Assembly: GCA_951406725.2 (NCBI GenBank)
Contig: OX597826.1
Span: 38,378,001-38,442,000, forward strand
Direction: 5' to 3'
DNA length: 64,000 nucleotides
Source: Octopus vulgaris
Lineage: Eukaryota
Numbering within the stretch: the stretch's first letter is position 1; the number at the start of each line of letters is the position of its first letter. The position numbers and the translations under genes were made by a program. The notes under the pieces were generated by a model that worked only from the letters and a program-made list of their open reading frames with translations, was not told the origin of the DNA and ran no database searches. This document shows, in pieces, positions 24,229 through 36,875 of the stretch.

Positions 24229-27200
24229 TATAGGTAAACAGTAAAAATAATTACAGACATGGACAAGAACATGAAACGCCACAGAGACGACACAAGAACC
24301 ACAGGACGGGACATTCGAAGCCCTCAGTCATCAGTCAAGAACCAGATCATCTTAGCAATTTCGGCTGATTAATCTTGAGATTGCTCCGATATGGGCAGCC
24401 CGCCAAGGGAAATCTAAGCCAAGTGCATTAGATCCCCTGGAAGAAAGCTTCGAATGTATACAACACGAGGACGGAAAACGAACGAAGTACACGAACAAAA
24501 ATACAGAATACGTGACAACAATAAGAATACAAAAACGTAAAAACAATAACGGTAAAATAAAGTATAAAAAATAAACAACAAAACAAAACCAGGACGTAGG
24601 ACAAGGGTCTTTCGACAGGACGAATTGAGTATGGGGCTGGCTTGTGAAGTTGTGCCTAATGGCCACAGGGAGACGAACAAGTACGTGTTGCTTCAGCGGC
24701 TGCTGGAACGAAAAGAGCGCTCAACAGCGGCTAGCGGTCACGTGAGAACAAAAGACAAGAGAAAGGGACAGATGAAAAGAGAGAGAAGGTGGACGAGGGA
24801 GGAGAAGAAAGAGACAGATCGAGGGGGCTGGAGGTGAGAGAGATAGAGAAACGTAGAAGGGGGGGAAAGACGGATGGAGAGGGAAAGAAAGGAGGGGGAA
24901 TAAGGGAGGAGAGAGAGAGAGAGAAAGAAAGATTAAGAGTCGTATCAATGCTTGAGAAAAAATATACTTATCGTATAAGGACAAATGTGGATACGTAGCC
25001 GCCGATTATATAGGTAAACAGTAAAAATAATTACAGACATGGACAAGAACATGAAACGCCACAGAGACGACACAAGAACCACAGGACGGGACATTCGAAG
25101 CCCTCAGTCATCAGTCAAGAACCAGATCATCTTAGCAATTTCGGCTGATTAATCTTGAGATTGCTCCGATATGGGCAGCCCGCCAAGGGAAATCTAAGCC
25201 AAGTGCATTAGATCCCCTGGAAGAAAGCTTCGAATGTATACAACACGAGGACGGAAAACGAACGAAGTACACGAACAAAAATACAGAATACGTGACAACA
25301 ATAAGAATACAAAAACGTAAAAACAATAACGGTAAAATAAAGTATAAAAAATAAACAACAAAACAAAACCAGGACGTAGGACAAGGGTCTTTCGACAGGA
25401 CGAATTGAGTATGGGGCTGGCTTGTGAAGTTGTGCCTAATGGCCACAGGGAGACGAACAAGTACGTGTTGCTTCAGCGGCTGCTGGAACGAAAAGAGCGC
25501 TCAACAGCGGCTAGCGGTCACGTGAGAACAAAAGACAAGAGAAAGGGACAGATGAAAAGAGAGAGAAGGTGGACGAGGGAGGAGAAGAAAGAGACAGATC
25601 GAGGGGGCTGGAGGTGAGAGAGATAGAGAAACGTAGAAGGGGGGGAAAGACGGATGGAGAGGGAAAGAAAGGAGGGGGAATAAGGGAGGAGAGAGAGAGA
25701 GAGAAAGAAAGATTAAGAGTCGTATCAATGCTTGAGAAAAAATATACTTATCGTATAAGGACAAATGTGGATACGTAGCCGCCGATTATATAGGTAAACA
25801 GTAAAAATAATTACAGACATGGACAAGAACATGAAACGCCACAGAGACGACACAAGAACCACAGGACGGGACATTCGAAGCCCTCAGTCATCAGTCAAGA
25901 ACCAGATCATCTTAGCAATTTCGGCTGATTAATCTTGAGATTGCTCCGATATGGGCAGCCCGCCAAGGGAAATCTAAGCCAAGTGCATTAGATCCCCTGG
26001 AAGAAAGCTTCGAATGTATACAACACGAGGACGGAAAACGAACGAAGTACACGAACAAAAATACAGAATACGTGACAACAATAAGAATACAAAAACGTAA
26101 AAACAATAACGGTAAAATAAAGTATAAAAAATAAACAACAAAACAAAACCAGGACGTAGGACAAGGGTCTTTCGACAGGACGAATTGAGTATGGGGCTGG
26201 CTTGTGAAGTTGTGCCTAATGGCCACAGGGAGACGAACAAGTACGTGTTGCTTCAGCGGCTGCTGGAACGAAAAGAGCGCTCAACAGCAGCTAGCGGTCA
26301 CGTGAGAACAAAAGACAAGAGAAAGGGACAGATGAAAAGAGAGAGAAGGTGGACGAGGGAGGAGAAGAAAGAGACAGATCGAGGGGGCTGGAGGTGAGAG
26401 AGATAGAGAAACGTAGAAGGGGGGGAAAGACGGATGGAGAGGGAAAGAAAGGAGGGGGAATAAGGGAGGAGAGAGAGAGAGAGAAAGAAAGATTAAGAGT
26501 CGTATCAATGCTTGAGAAAAAATATACTTATCGTATAAGGACAAATGTGGATACGTAGCCGCCGATTATATAGGTAAACAGTAAAAATAATTACAGACAT
26601 GGACAAGAACATGAAACGCCACAGAGACGACACAAGAACCACAGGACGGGACATTCGAAGCCCTCAGTCATCAGTCAAGAACCAGATCATCTTAGCAATT
26701 TCGGCTGATTAATCTTGAGATTGCTCCGATATGGGCAGCCCGCCAAGGGAAATCTAAGCCAAGTGCATTAGATCCCCTGGAAGAAAGCTTCGAATGTATA
26801 CAACACGAGGACGGAAAACGAACGAAGTACACGAACAAAAATACAGAATACGTGACAACAATAAGAATACAAAAACGTAAAAACAATAACGGTAAAATAA
26901 AGTATAAAAAATAAACAACAAAACAAAACCAGGACGTAGGACAAGGGTCTTTCGACAGGACGAATTGAGTATGGGGCTGGCTTGTGAAGTTGTGCCTAAT
27001 GGCCACAGGGAGACGAACAAGTACGTGTTGCTTCAGCGGCTGCTGGAACGAAAAGAGCGCTCAACAGCGGCTAGCGGTCACGTGAGAACAAAAGACAAGA
27101 GAAAGGGACAGATGAAAAGAGAGAGAAGGTGGACGAGGGAGGAGAAGAAAGAGACAGATCGAGGGGGCTGGAGGTGAGAGAGATAGAGAAACGTAGAAGG

Positions 27201-28538
27201 GGGGGAAAGACGGATGGAGAGGGAAAGAAAGGAGGGGGAATAAGGGAGGAGAGAGAGAGAGAGAAAGAAAGATTAAGAGTCGTATCAATGCTTGAGAAAA
27301 AATATACTTATCGTATAAGGACAAATGTGGATACGTAGCCGCCGATTATATAGGTAAACAGTAAAAATAATTACAGACATGGACAAGAACATGAAACGCC
27401 ACAGAGACGACACAAGAACCACAGGACGGGACATTCGAAGCCCTCAGTCATCAGTCAAGAACCAGATCATCTTAGCAATTTCGGCTGATTAATCTTGAGA
27501 TTGCTCCGATATGGGCAGCCCGCCAAGGGAAATCTAAGCCAAGTGCATTAGATCCCCTGGAAGAAAGCTTCGAATGTATACAACACGAGGACGGAAAACG
27601 AACGAAGTACACGAACAAAAATACAGAATACGTGACAACAATAAGAATACAAAAACGTAAAAACAATAACGGTAAAATAAAGTATAAAAAATAAACAACA
27701 AAACAAAACCAGGACGTAGGACAAGGGTCTTTCGACAGGACGAATTGAGTATGGGGCTGGCTTGTGAAGTTGTGCCTAATGGCCACAGGGAGACGAACAA
27801 GTACGTGTTGCTTCAGCGGCTGCTGGAACGAAAAGAGCGCTCAACAGCGGCTAGCGGTCACGTGAGAACAAAAGACAAGAGAAAGGGACAGATGAAAAGA
27901 GAGAGAAGGTGGACGAGGGAGGAGAAGAAAGAGACAGATCGAGGGGGCTGGAGGTGAGAGAGATAGAGAAACGTAGAAGGGGGGGAAAGACGGATGGAGA
28001 GGGAAAGAAAGGAGGGGGAATAAGGGAGGAGAGAGAGAAAGAGAAAGAAAGATTAAGAGTCGTATCAATGCTTGAGAAAAAATATACTTATCGTATAAGG
28101 ACAAATGTGGATACGTAGCCGCCGATTATATAGGTAAACAGTAAAAATAATTAGACATGGACAAGAACATGAAACGCCACAGAGACGACACAAGAACCAC
28201 AGGACGGGACATTCGAAGCCCTCAGTCATCAGTCAAGAACCAGATCATCTTAGCAATTTCGGCTGATTAATCTTGAGATTGCTCCGATATGGGCAGCCCG
28301 CCAAGGGAAATCTAAGCCAAGTGCATTAGATCCCCTGGAAGAAAGCTTCGAATGTATACAACACGAGGACGGAAAACGAACGAAGTACACGAACAAAAAT
28401 ACAGAATACGTGACAACAATAAGAATACAAAAACGTAAAAACAATAACGGTAAAATAAAGTATAAAAAATAAACAACAAAACAAAACCAGGACGTAGGAC
28501 AAGGGTCTTTCGACAGGACGAATTGAGTATGGGGCTGG
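24229..28538 (-). mobile_element. Tandem array of 5.5 x 780-bp non-coding units, retrozyme-like, with rearranged hammerhead ribozyme
   Basis: Units start at 24229, 25009, 25789, 26569, 27349 and 28129 (last partial). Only ~3 differences seen (26290, 28039, 2-bp deletion near 28153). Flanked by (TA)n. Confidence 0.9.
24319..24385 (-). ncRNA. Candidate non-circularly permuted hammerhead ribozyme (repeated every 780 bp; 6 copies)
   Basis: Minus strand: agcaaUC^ucaaga-uuaauc-agccGAAAuugcu-aagaugaucuggu-ucuugaCUGAUGA-cugag-ggcu. Stem I ucaaga/ucuuga, stem III agcaaU/Auugcu, stem II agcc/ggcu. Confidence 0.7.
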
Positions 28539-28568
28539 AGCATAGATTCGGCTGAAATTCCTCTAATA

Positions 28569-28614
<46 letters not shown>

Positions 28615-28644
28615 TATTAGAGGAATTTCAGCCGAATCTATGCT
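28539..28644. repeat. Perfect inverted repeat centred on (TA)n at the array junction
   Basis: agcatagattcggctgaaattcctctaatatatatg-(TA)n-catatatattagaggaatttcagccgaatctatgct. Confidence 0.95.
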
Positions 28645-30794
28645 ATAATATGATGATTGAAACAGGGCCATTCATTAAATTTAGAAAAAATTTCATGAAG
28701 CATGAAGCATGCAAAAAATAAACAGAATGAACGTTTTTCATGGATGAGGAATGAGTTATTTCAAAAGCATCAATAATGAGGTCATAAAAAAATGCAATCA
28801 AATAGAGCATTGAGGAAAGCCTTGAGAAACGTAAAGAAATCCTGTTACAAAACACTCCCTTAAACTGAAAAATGACAAAGGAGATAATCAGAGCAATACT
28901 ATGTATGTTATTGCGTTACTGAAACCATATCTGTTGGATTTTCTTTTTTTACAGTAAACAAGTTGTCATTGGGCTTGAAACTTGGAACATATTCAAAGAA
29001 AATTAACCTTGTGCTAGAAATGATGGAATTCAAAAGAACTGTGTAAAAAAGCATAAACATCACATGTATCATTTTATCATTGCTCAAACATTTACGTCCA
29101 GTTAAATATTAGGATTCATTTTCTTTATCCTAACATACACTGGTTTCATATTTGAGACAGAATGTTAATTTGAACTGTTGTTTCTAGCAAAACATCCTGT
29201 CTCATCCACACTCACACATCAAATCCACTTCAAAATCAGAAACTACAAACCTTGTTCCGTTACTTTTAGCAAAATTGCTTAATTTACCTTATATCTCTAA
29301 AGAGTTTTCTTCTGTCAAGTATTTCCAAACATTTTGTGTTGCTTTTTAGCTAGAAATTTACTAAATTCCTGAAGGTCCTTTCTTACAAAAAAAATAATAA
29401 ATAAATAATAATAACCACAATAAGTGCAATCAGTTTTTAACGAAGAAAATTTTCTAAACTGTAACTTTTTCCATTGGACTGCTTTTGTTTCTAATAATTT
29501 TTACAGAGAAACAAACGAGCAAGAAGATTCACATTTATTTTTACAGCAATGTATCTTTTTGGAATTTCATTTACAATTTAATTTAATATTTTTCAATTCT
29601 GTTCATTTTAGAGTGCATAATACATATTTATTGTATTTATATGTGTATATCCTAGGATCACCACCCTCAAACAAAATTAACTGAATAGTTTTTAAATATA
29701 TATGAGAGATAGAGGGCTCTGGATATGCCCAAGCCTCTTCCTCCACAATGCAGGATACTGAACAATGTCACACCTGTGCCACACACAATATGCAGAAGGG
29801 AAGAAAATGTTCTGACTGTAACAATTTCTTCCACAATTCTTGTATCAAACTCACTCGACACACCATGGAATCCCTGCACCGGTAGCACTGCTCGTGCTGC
29901 CTAATCTCTGGTGAAGGGAAATCCCTTCCAACACTAAAAGCAGACACAGTGGTATGGCATGGTGGGGACTTGACCCCACTCAGTCTTGATGTGAATCTCC
30001 CACCTCAGGCAGTCACAGAGAATCATCGCCAAAAGTTGCCTGCACTTTTGTGGCCGAAATGCTAGCATTGTCTATAGACCAGGTAGTTGCTACCAACAGC
30101 CCACAAAGCTGGAACAAATTATTCAGTCTTGTAATGCTTGTTCTTTGGTTCCTATTAGCAGGTTGGGGTTCAATTCCCTCCACACAATATTGCATCCTTC
30201 AGCCATTCCTCACCAACTAGCCTCTTGTTTCTCAGGTTGCACACTGGCACCATCATTATGCATGTAGGCCTTGTCCAATTGTGCAAGAAGGCCCCAAGTC
30301 TAGGTCAATCACAAACTAATTGAGAGCACACATGCTGGCCTCAAGAGACACAATGCTCCTACCCACACTGGATATTCTGGACACTGTCCATCTCAAAGAT
30401 CCAGACCCTTCAGCATATATCAAGGATTTCCAAATCTCTGACAGTGACGCAGCCTTCATCATGTTCAGTGATGATGGGCCATTGCGCTGCAAGCTGCAGT
30501 GGTGGAGAAAATGGCCTGCAACCTGGTTACCTCAAAGATTAATCTTACCACACTCCACCAAGGCGGGAGCATGTTTGCTCCAATCTATCATTACTCCAAT
30601 GATCTTCATGGGATATTCCCCGCCATGCCCAAGATTTTCTCATATCAGCCAACCTGACTGCACTGAAGAACAGAGTGTGTGTGTGTGTATGTGTGTCCTG
30701 GTGTAAATGCAGTAAACAACAGAAAAAAGCAATACAAAAGGGACAACGTTTGATAAATACAATATGAACTTAATGCTTTATTTTGGGATTTTTT

Positions 30795-31600
30795 TTTTAC
30801 ATTCTTTCCAGAAGTGAAGATAAATATGGGATGGTTGATAGAGATTGTCTATCAGGTGATGTTAGTGATGAAATTAAGGAAATTAAGGAAGTTATTGGAA
30901 ATGAAAGGTATGAAGTTGGGGAAGGGATAAAATGAGTTGACAAACACGAAGGAATGTAACTCTTCGTAGGAGAAACATTTTGCATCAATTGTTTTGTTGA
31001 TTTGACAGCAGAATGGCTCTGGGGTAAGGGATTAGTGAACTGGGAAAAGATTTGGGTCTTGATGGAACCATTAAATAAGCTGGCATAGTTGATCCTATTC
31101 TTGTACCCATAGTCACTCTAGGAATTGTTCATAGATCTTTTCTGTAAAGGAAAATTATTGAGAGTGCAGAGAGGGTGTGGCAGACAAAGAAGGACAGAGG
31201 TGCTTGGACGAAGAGTGATGCGGAAGTGAAGGAAGTGTTTTGGCAGTGGCATGGAGGCCTTCATTGTGGAGGTTGACAATGTATTAAGAACTGATGTCCA
31301 TGATCAGAATGTAGTGGGAGGGGCCAAGGGATGAGAAGCGAGTAGAAGAGGCAGAGAGCACGGCTGGATGTTGGAGGGAAAGAGAGTGTCAAGGTAGGAG
31401 AGGATGAGTTGTGTGGGGCAGTTACAAGCATAGATGATAAAGTGGCTAGTGTTTTCAGGTTTATGGATCTTAAGGATGAAGTATATGGTGGAGGTGTGAG
31501 GGAGGTAGAAGGGAGATGTGTAGTTTTTAGATGGGGGGGGGGGGCAGAGGGCACAAGATGCCAGAAGAGAGAGTTCTCAGACGGTTTCTCTATGTAAATA
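30795..31600 (-). mobile_element. Penelope-like element relic (RT fragment)
   Basis: Minus strand at ~31383-31495 reads IYFILKIHKPENTSHFIIYACNCPTQLILSYLDTL, matching the Penelope RT motif Y.LPKIHK....RPIVS....PT..IS.YLD. Confidence 0.7.
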
Positions 31601-32237
31601 TATCATAAATTAGTGTTTCAATAAATAGAGATCAATAAATTATGTACCAAATTTAAATAAGTACTGAAGTTGATGTGATCTGAGAATGCAGAGCTTCAGT
31701 ATGGCCAGAATCAAAAAACTGAAAACAATAAAACAAACAAGAAAATAAATAACAATATAACTTTTTGTTTTCTTTATTTCAATGAAGAAATGATTTGACA
31801 GATTTTATTTCAAGTTTATGTTTGTGAAAATGTCGTTGCTTGTTGTACCATTTCTGAAGAGTCAGGAACATTTTCAGATTGACAGAAATAATAAGAATTA
31901 AGATCAAATACATCAAAACTAGAAGAATAAAGGTTAAACACAATATAAAACTTGATCACTAAACAAAACTTTCTATTTTCTCAGAAACAAAAAATCTTTC
32001 TATTTAATGTAAAAAAACACAAAACTAATTAATTAACTAACAAGTGGAGTAATTGAGTGAATTAGTGAGTTTGTTCCTGGTGTTTTCATCAAGGGATTCT
32101 TGAAATGTCTTTTGGTGTGATTTATCACATTTTTATACATCCCTTCTAGTCACAGAGTTGAAATCAGTGCCGGAAATATAGAGCCAGGGTTTCAGTTCCT
32201 TGGTAAGGATACATGTGTGTATGTATAGATAGATATA

Positions 32238-32300
<63 letters not shown>

Positions 32301-33698
32301 ATGTATGCATGTATGTATGTATGCATATATGTATGCATGGATGGATGGACGGATAGGTATGTATGCATATACGTATATTTATACATATATATATGCATGT
32401 GTATGTATATGTATGTCTATGTATATGTATGCATGTGTTACCATTAAACAGTAATTAGAGTACTCAATACAAAGTAGAGCCTAAGATTGATTGGAAATGT
32501 CCATACTAACTTAATCATGTATTGTATTGGTAGACGTTTAATTCAAAACACTGAATAATTTTCATTCATCGGGGCCACCATTTTTATTCAACCAAAACAT
32601 GGCCATTCAAAATTATGTAATGACCAACGTAGTGTAGCACCTCCAAGACTAGTGGGAGAGAGGGAAGGAGGGAGTTATCCTTGAAATGTAAGCCTGGCTT
32701 GAATGCTGCCAACAGAAAAGATTCTACTAAAGGCACTCAAGATGACACATGGCACTTCTAAACTGGACAATAGACTAAATCCATTGTGCAAGTAGGCCAA
32801 GGTGAGGCTTGAACATAAAGTCTAAAGAAATGTAACAAATACCACAAGATCTCTGGTCCAATATTTCTTAAGAGTTCTGTCAATCCTCTGCACTAGATTG
32901 GTCCCGACCCTCAAAAGGATAAAATGCAAAGTTGAGTTTGGCAGAATTTGAACCCAGAGCACAGACTGTTGGAATAAATATTGCAAAGCATTTCATCTCA
33001 AATGACTGCCAATTCACCACCACTGTGCCTCTACATAAACAGTCATAAGAACACACACACACATAATGACATATCTATAAGGTATGTTGCAGCAATTTAG
33101 CTTTTGCTTTCTTACTTTCACTTTGAATAAAGAATATCACTCTCTCTCTCTCACACTCTTTTAGTTTCTCCCTTTCACTTTCTATACACAAGTATGAAAC
33201 CCGTTATGAGTAGATGGTTGTAAGAGTACATCTTCTATTTCCATTTATTGTTTTCCTTTTATGCTCACAAATATCACAGATACATTACACTGTCACTGGA
33301 TATGCTTGTATACATGCACACACACAGACAAACCCTGTCTTTAAGTTCCAGCTCTGTATTCTGGCTGAAAAACATTAGCAGCACTGATGTATGATGCATC
33401 CTGCTTAAGAAACAGTCTGTTTTGCATTGAAACTTCAAGACTGCTAGTAAACATAATGAGGTGTAGATTGCCCCCTACCACTCCCCCTCCATCCACCTAG
33501 GTCAATGACCTAAACAGAATCCAATACTTTTGATCAAAAGGCTCTTCTGTCATGTTTTCTGCTTTTTATCTTGGAGTGTATGTGTGTAGGTGCATTCTTG
33601 TGGTGAAAAATGGTGGTTGTAAACAAGTTGTTATTTAACCCGAGGCTGGCCTTAACTGAGAAGACGTAAAATGAAAGAAATTGCAACCACAAAACATC

Positions 33699-33738
<40 letters not shown>

Positions 33739-34006
33739 CATGCATGAGGAAGGGGAATTGATCTGAATGAGATTTAGCTGCTGTTTCTAACAGGCCAAGT
33801 AAGTACATAAGCATTTATTCAAACCTAATAAGCATTTATTCATAAAAACAGAAAAAAAATGAAGTTTGTTAGAAATTAAAAGTTTGTGATGCACTAATAA
33901 TTCTAAATGTATGAAAGCATGGTATTATATATAATCATTGACCCTAATTTGATGTTTGTTCTTCTAATCAATGCTTATATATGTGTATGTCTGTGTGTAT
34001 ATATAT

Positions 34007-36743
34007 GACTCAGAAATCCACCTGCAGGGCTACATCCTTTTCAGATGTGACAGAGGAAAAAGGCGAGGTGGGGGTGTTGCTGTGTATGTTAAGTCTGAGC
34101 ACAAACCATCCAGCGGTATTCTACCCACTAATGCTCAACCTACAACAAAATTTGATGCCGTCTATTGCAAGCTGAGCCTATCTGAGTTTTGCCTGCCCAT
34201 GTTGGCTGTCTACAGGCCGCCTCTTGCCGACCCCCAGGACGATGCTCATTTACTCGAGGCGATAAGATTCGTTTCAGCTTCGCATGACTGTTTGGTACTA
34301 GGAGACTTCAACGCTCCCACGATCGATTGGCCCGCATCAATTTGTACATCTTCCCAGTTCGGCCAGGCCCTTCTTGACGTGGCTGAAGATTGTTTTCTAT
34401 CGCAACATGTTGAATATCCGACAAGGCATCGGTCTGGGCAGCAGCCATCTATGCTAGATCTGGTATTCTACCGCTATCCAAGATCAGTGTCAGACGTATC
34501 TGTGTGCGCCCCTCTTGCCAAGAGTGATCATGCGGTCCTGAAGTTCGTCATGCACACAACTTTTTCTACGCCCACGACTACTTCGCTGCCACGTAGAGTC
34601 TTCTCTGCAATTAATCTTGAAATTCTAACCGAGGCTTCCGCGCTTCTGGACTGGCGATCCCTGATGACGTTGTCCTCAGTTGACGAACTATGGTCATCCC
34701 TCAAAGCATATGTAATCTGTTTGACTGACCAGGCAGTTCCCGTTGGGCTTCCCAAGAGGAAGAAACACAAGCCCTGGGTGACGAAGAAAGTTAAACGAGA
34801 ACGTTGACTCAGAGATATTGCTTGGGCTGAATTCAAAAATCTGGATTCGACTGCAGCTTTTGAGGTGTACAAAACTCAACGAGACCGAGCCGTGAAAATT
34901 GAAAAGAAAGAACGCTTCAGTTATGAATACAAAATCGCGGCAAATGCCAGTAGCAATCCAAAAACCTTCTTTGCCCATGTCCAGCGGAATTCCCGCTTGA
35001 ACAACCAGATTGCAACGTTGGTAGACTCAACAGGCGTATCGATTGAGGACCCTTATCAACAGAGTCAGTTATTTGCCGAGGCTTTTTCAACTATTTTCAA
35101 ACAAGATGATGGTCGTGAACCCCCTCCATTTGTTAGATCGGTACCTCCAATGCTTCGATTGGTCATCACGCGGGACGAAGTCAAACGTGTTATTCAAGGC
35201 CTCGATGTCAACAAGGGTCACGGCCCTGACGGCATACACCCATGGGTTATCAAAGCGTTGGCTCCGGTCATCTGCGAGCCCTTAACACGACTATTCAATA
35301 TGTCATTGGCGACGGGTGTTATACCTGCAGACTGGAGAACAGCGATAATCTGCCCAATTTTCAAGAAAGGGAGCCGCGAAGACCCGCTTAACTACCGACC
35401 GGTTTCCCTTACATCAATAATCAGCAAGATGTTCGAAACCATCCTTAAGAAAAGTATGATGCTCCACCTCCTAAACACAGCCTCTATCTCTGATTCCCAA
35501 CACGGCTTCGTGCCGAAGAGATCATGCTTGACCAACTTACTAGTAATGGAAGAATTGGTGACGCGCATCCTCGATGATAGTGATGCTGTTGACATCGTTT
35601 TATTGGACTTTGCCAAAGCTTTTGACTCGGTAAACCACCACCTATTACTTGTCAAGCTTCAAGCATATAGTTTCCATCCGGATATTGTACGATGGGTTGG
35701 TGCCTTCCTCTCAGATCGCTCCTTCCAAGTCCAAGTTAATGGTTCGCGGTCCGACGTCTCCAGTGCGAGCAGTGGCGTGCCTCAAGGTTCAGTGCTTGGG
35801 CCCTTGTTGTTCTTAGTCTTCATAAATGACTTGCCCGACGACCTCACGCAACACACCCTTCTATTTGCCAACGATATCAAACTGGTCACTCCTCGCGGTA
35901 ATATAGAGGATCTTCGTCGATGCCTCCACCAAATTTGGAAGTGGTCTAACGATTGGGACCTGTGTCTGAACGTGTCAAAGTGCTGTCATCTGCCTGTCGG
36001 CTCTACTCCTGCAACTCAACTTGATTTCGAGCTGGGTCGTCTGCTGCTGGAGAGGACCGATCAGGTAAAGGACCTGGGTATCTTGGTGGATTCCTCCTTT
36101 TCGCCTTTGGCCCAGTGCGTCCATGCTGCCAACAAAGCACGCGGAATTCTGTTCTTGATTTGACGGTCATTCGGAATGCTCACAGCAGCCATATTCCTAC
36201 CACTCTATGTCACGCTGGTGAGACCCATATTGGAGTATGGGATTCAAGCCTCTTCTCCTTATCTCCTCAAAGACATACAGCATCTCGAAAGAGTCCAGAA
36301 GCTGGCTACCCGCATGGTTCATGGTCTCAAAAATTTGTCCTACGAAGAAAGGCTGAGGACGCTCGACCTTTATTCTCTTGAAAAACGACGCCGCCGTGGT
36401 GATCTCAGTCTCGCCCACAACATCATAAGCGGAAAGTGTAACCTCTCGAAAGAGCTGTTCTTCACTCCTGCTCCAGAGCGTCAGCTGCGGGGTCATTCCG
36501 AAAAGCTCTACCTGCGACGATTTCATCTCAATCGAAGAAGAGGAGCTTTCTCCGTCCGGGTGCGGATCCATGGAACAAGCTGCCTGACGAGATGGTGAAG
36601 ATGCCGACGACCGCTTTGTTCAAAGCCTCCCTGGACCTCAAGTGGCCTGAACTCTTTACATGAACACCACCCTGTACTTAACTCCATGTCCCCCTACATG
36701 GCCTTGGTATTTGCTTTTGAGCCAAATTAACTAACTAACTAAC
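34007..36743 (+). mobile_element. 5'-truncated CR1/L2-group LINE (APE endonuclease + RT), inactivated
   Basis: GDFNAP, SDH, GPDGI, NYRPVSLTS, QHGF, LDFAKAFDSV, GVPQGSVLGP motifs; YADD altered to FAND; stops at 34805 and 36161; frameshift near 36562; (TAAC)n tail. Confidence 0.95.
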
Positions 36744-36744
36744 A

Positions 36745-36820
<76 letters not shown>

Positions 36821-36825
36821 CACAC

Positions 36826-36875
36826 ACGAAACACAGAATTCATATATATAAATATATATGAATTCTGTGTTTCGT
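36826..36875. repeat. Inverted repeat centred on TA run downstream of the LINE
   Basis: acgaaacacagaattcatatatat-aa-atatatatgaattctgtgtttcgt. Confidence 0.9.

Noticed and set aside
24229-28538. CRISPR array or rDNA/snRNA/histone tandem cluster
   Set aside because: No variable spacers, and I recognise no 5S, snRNA or histone sequence in the unit.
24352-28671. Repeated 69-119 aa ORFs in the 780-bp array
   Set aside because: Low-complexity, occur in several frames on both strands, no recognisable domain; repetition only reflects the array.
29700-30670. Possible retroelement relic or exon
   Set aside because: Higher GC than the surroundings, but I could not read a diagnostic motif or consistent splice frame.
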